From: Anthoceros angustus
Lineage: Eukaryota; Plantae; Anthocerotophyta
Assembly (NCBI GenBank): GCA_010909165.1
Contig: VJWM01000116.1
Coordinates: 62,001-126,000 of the forward strand
DNA: 64,000 nt
Direction of reading: 5' to 3'
Below, piece by piece: positions 61,712-64,000 of this stretch. The translations under genes and the position numbers were made by a program. The notes beneath the pieces are model-generated. The model saw only the letters and a program-made list of their open reading frames with translations. It made no database searches and was not told the origin of the DNA. Positions within the stretch are counted from its first letter, which is position 1, and every line of letters begins with the position of its first letter.

Positions 61712-64000
61712 TGTTTGTAAGCACTTCATAGGAAATATGGAGGCTTTAAAAAGAAGCAGAGATGGGAAGACCCATCTACCCCAAGCCGATGGGGAACAAC
61801 CCACAAGAGGGCCGGAGGCCAGGGGCTAGCCCTCACAAATGTCGAACTCAACTATCTACCACTCCAAGAATGTCGTGGTCTCGAGATAACAAAAGGCCTA
61901 CCTACGGTGAGGGCAAGGCAGGCGCCAACACACCGCCTGATTGCACTCGCCCGCCTGCGTTTCACGCTTTGCACTCCTACTGCCCGTGCTCGCGCTATGC
62001 ACTCGCTCGCGCTATGCACTCGCCCGCTATGCACTCCGCGTGCTCGTGCTCCGTGCTCGTGCTCGCGTGCTCCGTGCTCCGTGCTCCGTGCTCCGTGCTC
62101 GTGCTCCATGTTCTTCGCCCGTGCTCCCCCGCCCGTGCTCGTGCTCGTGCTCGCGTGCTCGCGTGCTCGTGCTCCGCGTGCTCCGTGCTCGTGCTCCATG
62201 CGCCGCTCCGTGACCAAGATAAAATATATCACCCCATATTATAAATGGGTGTAAGCACTTCATAGGAAATATGGAGGCTTTAAAAGAAGAGAATGCCACT
62301 TGGACTTTCTAACATATCCTTGTCCTTATCAAATGTATGCATGGATAGGAATTTCTTTTGTGGTTGCGTGGGAATGCCGAGAAATATGTGCATAGAATCA
62401 CCTATACAATAGATCCCCAACCTATTCACTTTGCAATTCAAGGGTTTGAGAGATTTTCATATTACATACTAGTTATGTACATAGACCTTTACATGTTTCG
62501 GTAAGTCGAGGAATTAGCGTACCCATAGTAATAGAGATGGTGCACGATGTTATCCTTCATGGGGCTTTGGATTGCTAGCCGAAAACACTTAAATGATGTG
62601 CCACCATGGATGTAAGCGGTGGTTTCTCTGGCGAGAATGGGTTTACAACTTACAGTTGCATTGGCAAGCGATAAGCTATGAAGGGCACATTTCTTCAGCT
62701 TATTTTTGACATAGTTTTCTACTTCCAAAATTTTACGCTATGACATTGGTCCATATATCAAGGATGGTGGACTAAAATTATCGAAAGAAGAGCAATTCCT
62801 GGAACATATGATATGTTTGTAAGCACTTCATAGGAAATATGGAGGCTTTAAAAAGAAGCAGAGATGGGAAGACCCATCTACCCCAAGCCGATGGGGAACA
62901 ACCCACAAGAGGGCCGGAGGCCAAGGGGGCTAGCCCTCACAAATGTCGAACCTGTAACTATCTACCACTCCAAGAATGTCGTGGTCTGAGATAACAAAAG
63001 GCCTACCTACGACTGGTGAGGGCAAGGTAAGGCGCCCCCTCAGCCGTCACCGCCCGATTGGGCACCACACTCCTGCTTCGCGCTCCGTGCTCTACGCTTT
63101 GCACTCCTACTTCGTGCTCCGTGCTCTGCGCTATGCACTCCTGCTCTGCGCTATGCACTCCTGCTCTGCGCTCCGTGCTCCTGCTTCGTGCTCTGTGCTC
63201 TGTGCTCCGTGCTCCGTGCTCCGTGCTCCGTGCTCCGTGCTCCGTGCTCCGTGCTCCATGTTCTTCGCTCCGTGCTCCTGTGCTCTGTGCTCTGTGCTCT
63301 GTGCTCTATGCTCTGTGCTCCGGCTCCGTGCTCCGTGCTCCGTGCTCCATGCGCTTCGCTCCGTGACCAGTATAAAAATATATCACCCCATATTATAAAT
63401 GGGGTGTAAGCACTTCATAGAAGATATGGGTAAGATATATATATATTTGTCCGGTAAGCAAATATTGATGAAAGACATGATTAAGACATAGTATTTTGAG
63501 TAATTAATACACTAGGCGAGCATGAGCTTAGGCATGAGGAAGTATCTTTCCCAACCAAGTGGGGATGCATTGAGAGAAGTGCATTCCAAGGATATTAAGC
63601 ATGTGATAAGGAATGAAAGGTCCTGGTTGTAAGTGCCCCTTGGCACTTGAAATTGTATCCTGGGAGTTTTGAGCCTTTTTAGTATAAGAAGGACAGTTAG
63701 AATTTTATGAGGGCAAGTTTGAAAAGCTACCTTCCCTTCCAAGTCATGCGTCAATGTTTTTCCTGCTTTGCTGTTCTAATGGTTTCAAGTAGTGATTTTG
63801 GAGCATCTCATGCTTCACCCTCACCCTTTTGCGGAAGGTTTGCTAGGTTGGATTTTTTTTTCTTCAGCGTGCTTGCATGCTATGTGTATCCAAAGACTGG
63901 GCATGGCTCACCGACATGCTTCCGCTAGTGGCCCACTGTATTGTTGATCTTGTCTCTATTCCTCTTTATACAATGGGCTACCTTGTTGATCCTCTTTTGT
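61712..64000. mobile_element. Composite repeat, copy 3 (rearranged, truncated by the window end)
   Basis: Contains the TGTAAGCACTTCATAG units, the GTGCTC microsatellite and the CACCCCAT hairpins. Confidence 0.45.

Larger units (their letters stand above)
53085..64000. repeat. Segmental tandem unit 3 (starts at the equivalent of 23051; truncated by the window end)
   Basis: aggttccttgggatggctac at 53085 equals 23051; collinear thereafter apart from an extra ~1.1 kb duplication at 61175-63405. Confidence 0.95.

Noticed and set aside
1-64000. CRISPR array, tRNA or rRNA genes
   Set aside because: No repeat-spacer array with unique spacers and no recognisable structural RNA was seen by eye.

Overview
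Eukaryotic nuclear DNA from a gene-dense land plant with short GT-AG introns. An SFI1-like centrin-binding gene and a plant DNMT3 point to a non-flowering lineage with motile sperm, hornwort- or lycophyte-like (inference). Bases 1-21 kb are single-copy genes: a ZZ zinc-finger fragment, SFI1-like, MscS-like MSL1, Mpv17/PMP22, patatin, a CYP88-like P450, a VIK/ILK ankyrin kinase and GPAT9. They are interrupted by a small repeat nest (6.7-8.0 kb) holding a Ty3/gypsy RNase H relic, and by a ~0.9 kb tandem duplication. From 21346 to the end, one ~16 kb block occurs three times in tandem (21346-37783, 37784-53084, 53085->64000). The block contains GPAT9, an F-box 3' remnant, a DNMT3-type cytosine methyltransferase fused to DUF3444, a DUF3110-like gene, a composite repeat, an F-box gene and an inverted GPAT9 pseudogene. 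It is bounded by old inverted duplications that look like the footprint of a staggered-break inversion. The three copies differ almost only by 1-4 bp indels in homopolymers and at CG/CHG sites. Many apparent frameshifts are therefore probably long-read errors, and the triplication may be either a very recent copy-number gain or an assembly artefact. All coordinates and exon joins were read by eye, so 5' ends are approximate.
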